Of a stretch of 64,000 nucleotides of DNA, positions 17,339-26,157 are shown piece by piece. The stretch is from an uncultured Gammaproteobacteria bacterium (GTDB taxonomy: Bacteria; Patescibacteriota; Patescibacteriia; Veblenbacterales; UBA10138), in NCBI GenBank assembly GCA_964348825.1, contig CAYGDX010000003.1, positions 22,184 to 86,183 on the forward strand, given 5' to 3'. Under the pieces are notes generated by a model. That model searched no databases. It saw only the letters and a program-made list of their open reading frames with translations, and was not told the origin of the DNA. The first letter of the stretch is position 1. Each line of letters begins with the position of its first letter. Position numbers and translations under genes: made by a program.

Positions 17339-17702
17339 ATGCACCCCTCATCCCGGCAAACATGACCGGGCGATCAAAAACCAAAAAATAAAACAATGAA
17401 CAGAACCCGAGCCGCTCCCTAACTAAGGGATATAACCCACCAAAACAAAAATAGTACTACGGGGATAAAACCCCTATTAATAGGAACGCTAGTTCCAATC
17501 AATTTGTATGAACTTAGTATAGTAGAGATAAGAAAAAATCTGATTTATCAGAACTTCCCTCAAAATAATAAATTCATACACTACAAGATTAATGGTCAAG
17601 GGGGAGCCGACAACAACAGTGAACGACCCCCTTCTCTCCCCAGCCGATGATAAAAATCGTCGTTTGAGAAGAGGAAATAAAAATGTCATTCCAAAAATAG
17701 TT

Positions 17703-17780
17703 GTCATTCCCGCGCAGGCGGGAATCCATAAAAACTAAACTACAAATTTCTGGATCCCGGATTCTTGTCCGGGATGACAA
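17703..17780. repeat. Two tandem GGATTC..stem..GAATGAC-family hairpins (gtcattcccgcgcaggcgggaatcc and ggatcccggattcttgtccgggatgaca)
   Basis: Perfect short hairpins flanked by the ggattc / gaatgac motif. Related copies at 14222, 18725, 19063, 19099 and 56021. Confidence 0.55.
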
Positions 17781-18031
17781 TAAACTGTCACTTTAACAAA
17801 CATTTATCTTTACCAACCTGGGAGGAGTAAAACGAATCTAACGAAACATTTTACAACGCGGGGCAGATTTGGGTCGCGACTGGTGTAAACTGGTTTCTAC
17901 CTATTATCTGTACGCTTGGTAGGATGGCTTTCGAGCCAAAATCCTACCCGCCAGGTTAGTAAAGATAAATAATATTTATAAACAAATAACGCCCGCTACC
18001 GAGGATTTATATCGGAGAGGATAAAAACAAA

Positions 18032-18547
18032 ATGAATAAAATTTTTTCATTCGCAGGTAATATAATAATGGCTGTCATCGCGGCAATTATTATTTCATTG
18101 TCTTATGATTTAGAAACTGACCTGACCATAATAAACGCTTGCATAGCCTTATTTGCTATAGCAAAAATTAATATGGCATTCTACTTCACACAAGGTCATG
18201 GTGTTGGATTAAAACACTCATCAAAAAATTTCTTAAGAATGCCGGTTATTCTAATTGTCTTCTTTGTAATAGCATTAGGTCTTTCCACTGCGCTATTTGC
18301 GACTGCCTTATTATCAAATAATGAGCTTTCGACAACAACTATGAATAACATAGCAGCAATTGGGTTAACAATGCTATTAACCATAGTGCTTGCAATGTTA
18401 CGATGGTATTTATCTGCCTACCGAGAAATGTATCTTGGGAGTGAATATGAAGCTCGGCTGGAGTTCAAAGGAAAAAATTATACCATTGAGCAGGCTGATC
18501 TAAAAATTCAACAACTGAGGGACCATGGCGTTCTTCCAATAAAATAA
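18032..18547 (+). CDS. Membrane protein, about 4 TM helices, unknown function
   Basis: 171-aa ORF with GGAGAGG Shine-Dalgarno 11 nt upstream. Lies inside the island interrupting the dcw cluster. Confidence 0.5.
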   Translation: MNKIFSFAGNIIMAVIAAIIISLSYDLETDLTIINACIALFAIAKINMAFYFTQGHGVGLKHSSKNFLRMPVILIVFFVIALGLSTALFATALLSNNELSTTTMNNIAAIGLTMLLTIVLAMLRWYLSAYREMYLGSEYEARLEFKGKNYTIEQADLKIQQLRDHGVLPIK

Positions 18548-18670
18548 TATTTAATCATTGATTTATTCAAAACTAAAAGGTATTAATATGAAACGTAGGT
18601 GACAAATAAAGCGGGTCGTCGACCACCTCGGCAAACAGAAGTCGACCGCAACTAAAGGCGAATTTTAGAT

Positions 18671-18707
18671 AAGGACAGAACAAGATTTATCTGTCCTTAA
18701 TTTTTTT
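18671..18707 (+). terminator. Rho-independent terminator
   Basis: aaggacag-aacaagatttat-ctgtcctt followed by aattttttt. Confidence 0.55.
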
Positions 18708-18787
18708 AAGATTATAATTATTTCTGGATTCTTGCCTGTGCAGGAATGACAAACGTGTTATAACTTAAAAAAGTTAAACTAACTACC

Positions 18788-18823
18788 GTCTCTACAAATG
18801 TCCGGGCGGACATTTGTAGAGAC
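18788..18823. repeat. 17-bp perfect hairpin gtctctacaaatgtccg-ggc-ggacatttgtagagac (tgtccNNNcggaca family)
   Basis: Perfect inverted repeat. ORF 18798..18998 as drawn starts inside it, so the true start is more likely 18849. Confidence 0.5.
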
Positions 18824-18848
18824 GCACAAAAAAAAGAAAGAAAAAATA

Positions 18849-18998
18849 ATGGAAAAGAAAAATAAAAAAAGATTCATCGCTATAATATTGACGGTGATAT
18901 TAGTATTTACCGCCAATTTAATTATTGGCACGTTTGATTGTCACGGACCACGTGATGGTCGAGTAATTGAATCACCAACTGACTCACCTAAACCATAA
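18849..18998 (+). CDS. Small secreted/membrane protein (49 aa, one TM helix)
   Basis: MEKKNKKRFIAIILTVILVFTANLIIGTF..., followed by a strong terminator. Confidence 0.35.
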   Translation: MEKKNKKRFIAIILTVILVFTANLIIGTFDCHGPRDGRVIESPTDSPKP

Positions 18999-19054
18999 AA
19001 GCCGACTTTGTATGCAACATATAATATGCAACACCAAGTCGGCTTATTTTTTTA
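18999..19054 (+). terminator. Rho-independent terminator
   Basis: aagccgac...gtcggctt stem followed by T7. Confidence 0.6.
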
Positions 19055-19062
19055 TCTATTTC

Positions 19063-19124
19063 TGGATTCCCCTTTTCAGGGGAATGACATATTGCCAAGA
19101 TTCTTCACTGTGATTCAGAATGAC
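19063..19124. repeat. Two GGATTC..GAATGAC-family hairpins (ggattcccc-tttt-caggggaatgaca; gattcttcactgtgattcagaatgac)
   Basis: Same flanking motif as 17703, 18725 and 56021. Confidence 0.45.
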
Positions 19125-19190
19125 GTTTTGGGATTTGGTCCGCCAGCTGGCGGATTGGAGATTTTTAGAAATTAGAAATTAGATATTAGT

Positions 19191-19241
19191 AATTTTGAGA
19201 GATTGCCATGTCGTTCGCCTTACTCACTCCTCGCAATGACG
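19191..19241. repeat. Gene-3'-end repeat, copy B, immediately after the murC stop
   Basis: aattttgagagattgccatgtcgttcgccttactcactcctcgcaatgacg, preceded by ttagaaattagaaattagatattagt, as in copy C. Confidence 0.55.
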
Positions 19242-19246
19242 AAATG

Positions 19247-20650
19247 TTATACCTCTTCAACTTTTCCAATTTGTGTAATCATCTTCTCCCCCACTTGCCA
19301 CACATCGCCCGCGCCCATAGTGACGACTAAATCACTTCGGCCGGCAGTAGAAATTAAATATTCTAAAGCATTGTCAATTTTTCCTTGATACTCCACATTC
19401 TTGTGGTGCTTTTTTATTTCAACAACAACATCCTCACTAGAAATTCCACCTTGCTCTTCGCGCGCTGAACCATAAATATCCATTATCACCACTTCATCGG
19501 CATCGGCAAAGGCTATAGCAAAATCAGGTAACAATGCTTTAGTACGCGTAAAAGTGTGGGGTTGAAAAACACACCGAATTTTTTTATATGGATAGAATGC
19601 CTTGAGAGCTTTAAGCGAGGCCTTAATTTCTGACGGATGATGTGCGTAATCATCTATCACATAAACACCATTATTTAATTTAGCTTTTTTTTCTAAACGC
19701 CGCGCCGTGCCTTCAAAGCTAGCCAGTGCTTGGCGAATAATTTCTATATCTACCCCGAGTTTTGTGGCGCAAGCGAGCGCCGCCATAGCATTGGCCACAT
19801 TATGCGAACCAATTAAACGCAACCAAAAATCACCTACAAATTCCTCGCCATGGGCCACTGAAAAATGCCATTTACCTTCATCGAGCCAAGTACGTACCAA
19901 ACTCCACTCGCCCTCGCGCAAGCCATAACTAATAATTTGTTCGGGCTGTAATCCCGCCTCAGCCACAACTTTTTTTACTATTGGTGAATCAAAACACGGA
20001 ACGATAAATCCATCTGATGGTATTTTTTTTAAAAAATTAACAAAAGCGGCTTCGTAATCATTTGGGGTAGGGAAAAAATCTGGATGATCCCAGTCAACAC
20101 TGGTTAAAATTATGCCACGGGGCGAAAAATATTGAAATTTATTTTGATACTCATCGGCCTCATACACAAAAATGTCACCGGAGCCAATAAGCGCATTACC
20201 ACCAAATTGTGGGACGACTGAGCCAACAATGGCACGAGGATTTAGATTGGCGTGTTTTAAAATATGTGCGAGCATAGCCGAAATAGTAGTTTTGCCATGC
20301 GAACCTGCTACAGCTACACCTGTGTAACCCGCAGTTAATTCGCCTAATGCTTCAGGATAAGTAAAAATCGGAATTTTTTTTGATTCGGCTGTTTGTACTT
20401 CAATATTATTTTCACCATAGGCGGTAGAACGAATTACTAAATCAATCTGACCATTTATGTGCTCAGCTGAAAAATTGTCATAAATTTTAAGGCCTAATTT
20501 TTTAAGCACTGGAGTAGTAACAAAATCTTCCGCTACATCACTCCCCCACACTTCTTTGTTTTGAGCGAGTAAATGCTGAGCGAGAGCAGTCATGCCAACG
20601 CCCTTGACCCCTATTAAATAAATTCGGTTAGAGTTGTTTAAGATTGACAT
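19247..20650 (-). CDS. murC: UDP-N-acetylmuramate--L-alanine ligase MurC
   Basis: IYLIGVKGVGMTALAQHL...GSD N-terminus and Mur ligase central/C-terminal domains; 467 aa. Confidence 0.9.
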   Translation of the reverse strand: MSILNNSNRIYLIGVKGVGMTALAQHLLAQNKEVWGSDVAEDFVTTPVLKKLGLKIYDNFSAEHINGQIDLVIRSTAYGENNIEVQTAESKKIPIFTYPEALGELTAGYTGVAVAGSHGKTTISAMLAHILKHANLNPRAIVGSVVPQFGGNALIGSGDIFVYEADEYQNKFQYFSPRGIILTSVDWDHPDFFPTPNDYEAAFVNFLKKIPSDGFIVPCFDSPIVKKVVAEAGLQPEQIISYGLREGEWSLVRTWLDEGKWHFSVAHGEEFVGDFWLRLIGSHNVANAMAALACATKLGVDIEIIRQALASFEGTARRLEKKAKLNNGVYVIDDYAHHPSEIKASLKALKAFYPYKKIRCVFQPHTFTRTKALLPDFAIAFADADEVVIMDIYGSAREEQGGISSEDVVVEIKKHHKNVEYQGKIDNALEYLISTAGRSDLVVTMGAGDVWQVGEKMITQIGKVEEV

Positions 20651-20789
20651 AATATGATTTAAAATAATTTGTAGAAAATCCGAAATCCTAAACCCTAAAT
20701 CCCAAATAAATCATAAAATTTAAAATCCTAATATATAAACCTTTTTGATTTCAAGTATTGGGATTTATTTAGGATTTAGATATTAGGAA

Positions 20790-21938
20790 TTAGAATTTTT
20801 GAGAGATTACTTCGTCATTCCGCTTCACTTCATTCCTCACAATGACGTCCTTTAATAATCGTAAAACCTCACTAACCACCCTCTCCGCTCCATCTTTCGG
20901 AAACAATTTAGTCAAATTTTCCGCGTACTTTTCCCGGCGATCTGTATCGTTCCAAAGCTCGTTTACAGTAGCAACCAATTGCTCACTCGTCAATCCTAAC
21001 TGATGTACATATACCCCAGCTTGTTTCTTGGCTATTAACTCCGCATTGGCTTCTTGATGTTTACTAGGCAAAGGTATCACGATAATTGATTTACCAAGTA
21101 CACCAAGCTCTGTTAAAAAGGCCATACCCGCTCGTGTAATCACTACATCAGCCACTTGAAGTGCTTTAAAAATAGTTTCTGCTTGAGCTACAAATTCAAG
21201 TGGAAGATAGTGCGAATGTTTAAAAGTATTTTTTAAATTACCTTGTCCCGTAATATGAAGTACTTGAAAATTCTTAACTAGCTCTGGTACAGCTTGCTCG
21301 ACTATGCGATTAAGAGAAACAGCGCCCGTGCCTCCACCAATTACCACTAGAATTGGCAAATGTACATTCAAACCTAATTCATTTTTTAATGTATCGGCCG
21401 GCCGAAGATTTAAAAATTCCGAACGCACTGGATTGCCCACTACCCTACAAACGTTATTTGGAAAATCTTTAATTGATTCCGGAAATGTTACCGTAACTAA
21501 ATTCGCCACTCGCCCTAATATTTTATTAGTTAAAACTACTTTAACATCTTGTTGGTGTACCACTAGTGGTACGCTCATTACCTTAGCAACTAAACCAACC
21601 GGTAGTGCCACGAAACTGCCAGCGGTGAGCACGATATCAACCTGATTTCTTGTAAACCAAATTAAACATTTAATAAAACTAAAAAGGATGAGTACTAAAT
21701 CGGTAATATTTTTTATACTAAAGTAACGTCGCCACTTAGCTGCTGGTAGTTGAATATATTTTTCTACTACATTTTGTACCACCTCTTTTTCTGGACCATG
21801 AGTCGTACCAAACCAAACCACGCGTACCTTACACGCCGGCAATTGTTTTTTTAATTCCGCAAGTACTGAAAGTAGGGGCGTAACCGAACCAAGCGTACCA
21901 CCGCCCGCACAAACAATGGTTAATTCTTTTCGTTCCAT
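20790..21938 (-). CDS. murG: MurG, UDP-GlcNAc:undecaprenyl-PP-MurNAc-pentapeptide GlcNAc transferase. The C-terminal ~17 aa are probably read through a repeat.
   Basis: GT28 fold with glycine-rich N-terminus IVCAGGGTLGSVTPLL, 382 aa; sits between ftsW and murC. Confidence 0.85.
   Translation of the reverse strand: MERKELTIVCAGGGTLGSVTPLLSVLAELKKQLPACKVRVVWFGTTHGPEKEVVQNVVEKYIQLPAAKWRRYFSIKNITDLVLILFSFIKCLIWFTRNQVDIVLTAGSFVALPVGLVAKVMSVPLVVHQQDVKVVLTNKILGRVANLVTVTFPESIKDFPNNVCRVVGNPVRSEFLNLRPADTLKNELGLNVHLPILVVIGGGTGAVSLNRIVEQAVPELVKNFQVLHITGQGNLKNTFKHSHYLPLEFVAQAETIFKALQVADVVITRAGMAFLTELGVLGKSIIVIPLPSKHQEANAELIAKKQAGVYVHQLGLTSEQLVATVNELWNDTDRREKYAENLTKLFPKDGAERVVSEVLRLLKDVIVRNEVKRNDEVISQKF
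20793..20847. repeat. Gene-3'-end repeat, copy C, overlapping the annotated 3' end of murG
   Basis: gaatttttgagagattacttcgtcattccgcttcacttcattcctcacaatgacg. The last 17 codons of the murG ORF (..IVRNEVKRNDEVISQKF) are translated from this repeat. Confidence 0.55.
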
Positions 21939-23044
21939 TTTATATGTCGAGAAATATTAACAACTATACCACAAGCGGCCAGCGCAGTAAGTAAGGCGCT
22001 ACCACCAGCCGAAACAAATGGTAATGGCACGCCCGTCAGTGGCATAATATTTATCATAGAAGCTACATTTATACAAATTTGCCACCCAAACCACACCATA
22101 ATACCGGAAGCGAGATATGTACCAAAAGCATCAGGCGCGCGTAAGGCAATCCTTAGCCCGCGAAATAAAAAAGTAAAAATTATTAACAAAAATACCACAC
22201 TTAAAATAAACCCTAATTCCTCAGCCATAATTGCAAAAATTGAATCGCCGGTAACTTCAGGTAGATATTGATATTTTTGACGCGAGTAGCCAAGTCCTAA
22301 ACCAAATAAACCGCCTGATCCAACGGCGAGCAGTGCTTGATTAATATGATAACCAATACCTTGCGGATCAAGCTCAGGATTTAAAAACACTGTTAAACGT
22401 TTCACGCTGTGTGGAAAAATTTTAATAATCGACCAAAGTGCAGTGATTCCACCCGCAGCCAATACCCCCAAATGCGAAAACTTGGCACCGGCCACCAAAT
22501 AAATTGCAATCGCCGCCACACCAACTACTGAAGTTGTACCTAAATCTGGTTGTAAAACAATTAAACTTAAAGTAACTACTAAAATTATAACAAAAGGCAA
22601 AAAACCTTTAACCAAACTTTTCACATTTTCACCCGCCGCTTCAAACCAAGCCGCCAAATAAATTACCAAGGTTAATTTAATTAATTCGCTGGGTTGAAAT
22701 ACGAATGGCCCAAGTGCTAACCAGCGCCGTGCTCCACCCAAATTCAACCCCAAGCCTGGTACAAAAATAAGCCCCAGCAAAATTAAAGAAATAATAAAAA
22801 ACCAAAGTGCAAATTTTTTTAATTTATGATAATCAAACCGACTAAAAAAAATAAATAAAAGCAACCCTGGTAAAAGACCAGCCAGTACTTGATGTTTTAA
22901 GTAATAATAAGTATCGCCAAATCTTTGAAAACCAACTGATACTGAAGCTGAAGTAAGAAATACTAAACCAATTATCACTATCAAACTTAAGGTGGTGATA
23001 AAAAAATAATCTGGCTTGCCACTTGAAGTAGTAAATTTTTCCAT
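21920..23044 (-). CDS. ftsW: SEDS-family peptidoglycan polymerase FtsW/RodA
   Basis: 10-TM protein; its position between murD and murG follows dcw order. Confidence 0.85.
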   Translation of the reverse strand: MEKFTTSSGKPDYFFITTLSLIVIIGLVFLTSASVSVGFQRFGDTYYYLKHQVLAGLLPGLLLFIFFSRFDYHKLKKFALWFFIISLILLGLIFVPGLGLNLGGARRWLALGPFVFQPSELIKLTLVIYLAAWFEAAGENVKSLVKGFLPFVIILVVTLSLIVLQPDLGTTSVVGVAAIAIYLVAGAKFSHLGVLAAGGITALWSIIKIFPHSVKRLTVFLNPELDPQGIGYHINQALLAVGSGGLFGLGLGYSRQKYQYLPEVTGDSIFAIMAEELGFILSVVFLLIIFTFLFRGLRIALRAPDAFGTYLASGIMVWFGWQICINVASMINIMPLTGVPLPFVSAGGSALLTALAACGIVVNISRHIKWNEKN

Positions 23045-23101
23045 AAAATCTTCAGATTTTATCCCGAGCTTGTCGAGGGGTTGTCAATAAATCCAATCTA
23101 A

Positions 23102-24484
23102 TTATTTCTTTAATTTAAAAACAACTTTCTTAAATTGTTCACCGCGGTCAAATTCATGTTTAAATAAATTAAAACTAGCCGCGCCAGGTGAAAGTAAAAT
23201 AATATCGCCCACTCTTGCTAATTTTTTAGCGAGTGTAACGGCCTGAAGCATGCTACTTACAGTTTTAAATTTATACACTCCACCCAACGACTGTTTAATT
23301 TTATCACTCGCTGTGCCAGGTAATAAAATTAATTGTTTAACTCGTTTTTTAATAACTTCCGCTAATTCTTTGTAATTTAAATTTTTATCTACTCCGCCAG
23401 CAATCAAAATAATTGGCCGAGCTGACAAAGCATTAAGTGCTGCTATTACCGCCTCCGGTGATGTGGCTGAAGTATCATTGTAATATGATACTTTTTTTAT
23501 TTCTGCGATTAGTTCTAAACGATCGTGTAAGCCCACAAAATTTTTAATACCTAATTTAATATAATCAATTGGCACGCCAATTACCCGAGCTAAGGTTACT
23601 GCCGACAAAACATTAGCTAAATTATGTTCACCTAATAATTTTATATCCGATAAATTAAATAAACTAACTACTTTGGATTTATTTTTAAAATAAACTGTAT
23701 TATTTTTTACAAAACAACCCCGACTAACTTTATTTTTAATTGACCACCACCAAACTTTAGCTATCGCCTTTTTACCAAACTGACGAGTATACTTATTATC
23801 ATAATTCAAAACCAAATTATCATTTCTCTTTTGCCATTTAAAAATTTGTTCCTTGGCCGATCGGTAAGCGGCAAATGATTTATATCTATTTAAATGTTCA
23901 GGATATATATTAGTTATTAAAGCGCTGAGTACACGTATTTTATGTTCACCCATAACTTCCAAGTGCCAACTAGATAATTCTAAAACTACAGGCGTGTGTT
24001 TTTTTATTTTAGGCAAAACATCAAACATTAATTGATCGCGAATATTGCCGGCGACTTGCGTATCTTTTTGCCACAATTTTAATATTGACCCAAGTATTGT
24101 GCTAGTAGTTGATTTCCCGCGACTACCTGTAACACCAATAATTAAATTGCTAGGGCATAATTTAAAAAATAAACTAGCTTCATTCTCAATTGGAATTTTC
24201 TGCTGTCGAGCTTGATTAAGCAGCGACAAATCAGCTGGCACGCCCGGATTCTGAATAATTAAATCACAATCTCCAAGCAGCGATTCGGGATGCTCACCCA
24301 AAACATATTTAATTGATAAATTTTTTAATTTATCTAAACTCAGTGCTAGTTCTGATTTATTTTTTTTATCACTCACTGTTACTTGAGCGCCTTGACGAGC
24401 TAAAAAACGCGCTACAGCCACACCTCCACCATGCAGCCCGAGCCCTAGCACTAAAACGCGCTGATTTTTAAAACTTTTAACCAT
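23102..24484 (-). CDS. murD: UDP-N-acetylmuramoylalanine--D-glutamate ligase MurD
   Basis: VLVLGLGLHGGGVAVARFLARQGAQVTVSD N-terminus and Mur ligase domains. Confidence 0.9.
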   Translation of the reverse strand: MVKSFKNQRVLVLGLGLHGGGVAVARFLARQGAQVTVSDKKNKSELALSLDKLKNLSIKYVLGEHPESLLGDCDLIIQNPGVPADLSLLNQARQQKIPIENEASLFFKLCPSNLIIGVTGSRGKSTTSTILGSILKLWQKDTQVAGNIRDQLMFDVLPKIKKHTPVVLELSSWHLEVMGEHKIRVLSALITNIYPEHLNRYKSFAAYRSAKEQIFKWQKRNDNLVLNYDNKYTRQFGKKAIAKVWWWSIKNKVSRGCFVKNNTVYFKNKSKVVSLFNLSDIKLLGEHNLANVLSAVTLARVIGVPIDYIKLGIKNFVGLHDRLELIAEIKKVSYYNDTSATSPEAVIAALNALSARPIILIAGGVDKNLNYKELAEVIKKRVKQLILLPGTASDKIKQSLGGVYKFKTVSSMLQAVTLAKKLARVGDIILLSPGAASFNLFKHEFDRGEQFKKVVFKLKK

Positions 24485-24486
24485 AA

Positions 24487-25521
24487 TTACAACCCCTTAT
24501 CAAGTAATACTGCTGCAAGCCCAGCCGCGGCGGCCACACCCGAAATAAGCCACAACCTCATTACCACTTTGGGCTCGGGCCAACCAATCGCTTCCAAATG
24601 ATGGTGGAGTGGTGCTGATAAAAAAACTTTTTTGCCCCGTAATTTTTTAGAAGCGACTTGAATAATAACCGAGGCTGATTCAAGCATAAAAACAAAACCA
24701 ATAATAGGTAAAAATAAAACGGTATTGGTGAGCATGGCTACTACGCCTAAAGTAACACCAAGCGACATTGCACCAGTATCGCCCATAAAAAATCGAGCCG
24801 GATTAATATTAAACCACAAGAATGAAATAAGTGCTCCCACAATTACAGCGCAAAAAATAGCTAAATCAAATTTACCCTGCCAAAAAGCAATCACTGAATA
24901 TGCGCCAAAAGCGGTAGTTAAAATTCCACCAGCTAACCCGTCTAAACCATCGGCTTCGTTGACTGAAAAAGAAGTCGCCACAATTACAAAAATAAAAATT
25001 GGGATATACCATAAACCAACTGGCATATTACCCCAAAATGGAATATGTAAAATATCCCAATCTAATTTATAATAAAACCACCAAGCGCCGAAAGCCGCAA
25101 TCGCAGTGTAAATTAATAAACGATGTCGCACACGAAGCCCACCACCTGACGGGCCAATTTTTTTTATATTAAGCCAGTCATCAATTAGCCCCACTACAGC
25201 TGAGGCCACCAAAACACCAAGCGGTAACCAAGTTTCACTGCGGCTTAAAAAATTTAATTTTATTAAGCCAATTTTATCAAAATAATAAAAAAGTAAAGCC
25301 AAAAATAAAGTTGTACCCCAAATAAGCACCCCACCCATAGTGGGAGTGCCTGATTTATCAGCGTGAAGCGCTGACATAATTGGCGCAGAACCAGAATCTC
25401 TAATTTGTTTACCAAGTTTATGTCGATATAAAAATTTAGTAAAAAACGGCGTAATTAAAAACGATACCACAAATGATAAAGTGGCCAGCAAAAGAATTCT
25501 TAAAATTAAGAAATTTTCCAT
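24487..25521 (-). CDS. mraY: Phospho-N-acetylmuramoyl-pentapeptide transferase MraY
   Basis: Polytopic protein with MGDTGAMSLG and DGLDGLAGG motifs. Confidence 0.9.
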   Translation of the reverse strand: MENFLILRILLLATLSFVVSFLITPFFTKFLYRHKLGKQIRDSGSAPIMSALHADKSGTPTMGGVLIWGTTLFLALLFYYFDKIGLIKLNFLSRSETWLPLGVLVASAVVGLIDDWLNIKKIGPSGGGLRVRHRLLIYTAIAAFGAWWFYYKLDWDILHIPFWGNMPVGLWYIPIFIFVIVATSFSVNEADGLDGLAGGILTTAFGAYSVIAFWQGKFDLAIFCAVIVGALISFLWFNINPARFFMGDTGAMSLGVTLGVVAMLTNTVLFLPIIGFVFMLESASVIIQVASKKLRGKKVFLSAPLHHHLEAIGWPEPKVVMRLWLISGVAAAAGLAAVLLDKGL

Positions 25522-25545
25522 AATTAAACTATTGCTTAATAGAAT

Positions 25546-25920
25546 TTATACATTGTACCAAATCAACAATAAAGACAACCAAAGTATAGCTGAACTAACC
25601 ACTACTCCACCCCACAAAGTTAGGGTTTTCAAAATTAAAGAACCGCGACTAACCTTGTAAGCTAACCAAAAATTTAAAATATTAAAAATTAAGTTCACGC
25701 TTGGCAGTAATAGCAGGTATTCTTTTTTATCTAACCAACTGCCCCCAAAATAAACTGAATAACGTAAGGTAATTATTTCCGTTAAACCCGACCAAAATGT
25801 TAAAACTACCAACCAATTGGCAAATACAAAAACTAAAATAATTACTACCGGTACAACCAGTAATGGGTGTCGCCAAAATGACGACCACAATTCTTTTCGC
25901 CAAATAGGTAATTTAATCAT
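25546..25920 (-). CDS. Small membrane protein
   Basis: 124-aa hydrophobic ORF upstream of mraY. Confidence 0.4.
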   Translation of the reverse strand: MIKLPIWRKELWSSFWRHPLLVVPVVIILVFVFANWLVVLTFWSGLTEIITLRYSVYFGGSWLDKKEYLLLLPSVNLIFNILNFWLAYKVSRGSLILKTLTLWGGVVVSSAILWLSLLLIWYNV

Positions 25921-26157
25921 AACAATGGTATTTTAGCGGAAAAAAACATATCCGACAAGTAGCTATACTTATCGCTAAAATATCCAAGGATAAAAGTATT
26001 TGAATATAGAAATATGAATTGTTTTAATAACTAATCTCTAATATCTAATTTCTAAAAAACCAAAAATCCTAATAACCAACTTAAAAAATAGGAATTAGTC
26101 ATTAGACATTAACAATTACCCTCTACCCTATTTTTCCGTCATCTGATATATTTAATT

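Noticed and set aside
17390-17420. acagaacccgagccg resembling the RNase P RNA 3' P4 strand (ACAGAACCCGGCUUA)
   Set aside because: No upstream GGAAAGUCCGGGC P4 partner, no A-GGGUGAAA or GGUAAGAGCGCACC motifs nearby on either strand. An isolated 10-mer match is insufficient.
17489-17780. ORFs 17489..17707 and 17589..17780 (-) in the murC-murB island
   Set aside because: They overlap each other and run through GGATTC/GAATGAC hairpin repeats and GC-rich structured sequence. There is no coding signal.
20660-20790. Possible tRNA or other ncRNA in the murG-murC intergenic region and other GC-poor gaps
   Set aside because: No acceptor or T-arm (GTTCRANYC) patterns found. The region is an AT-rich palindromic promoter-type array (aaatcctaa/ttgggattt).
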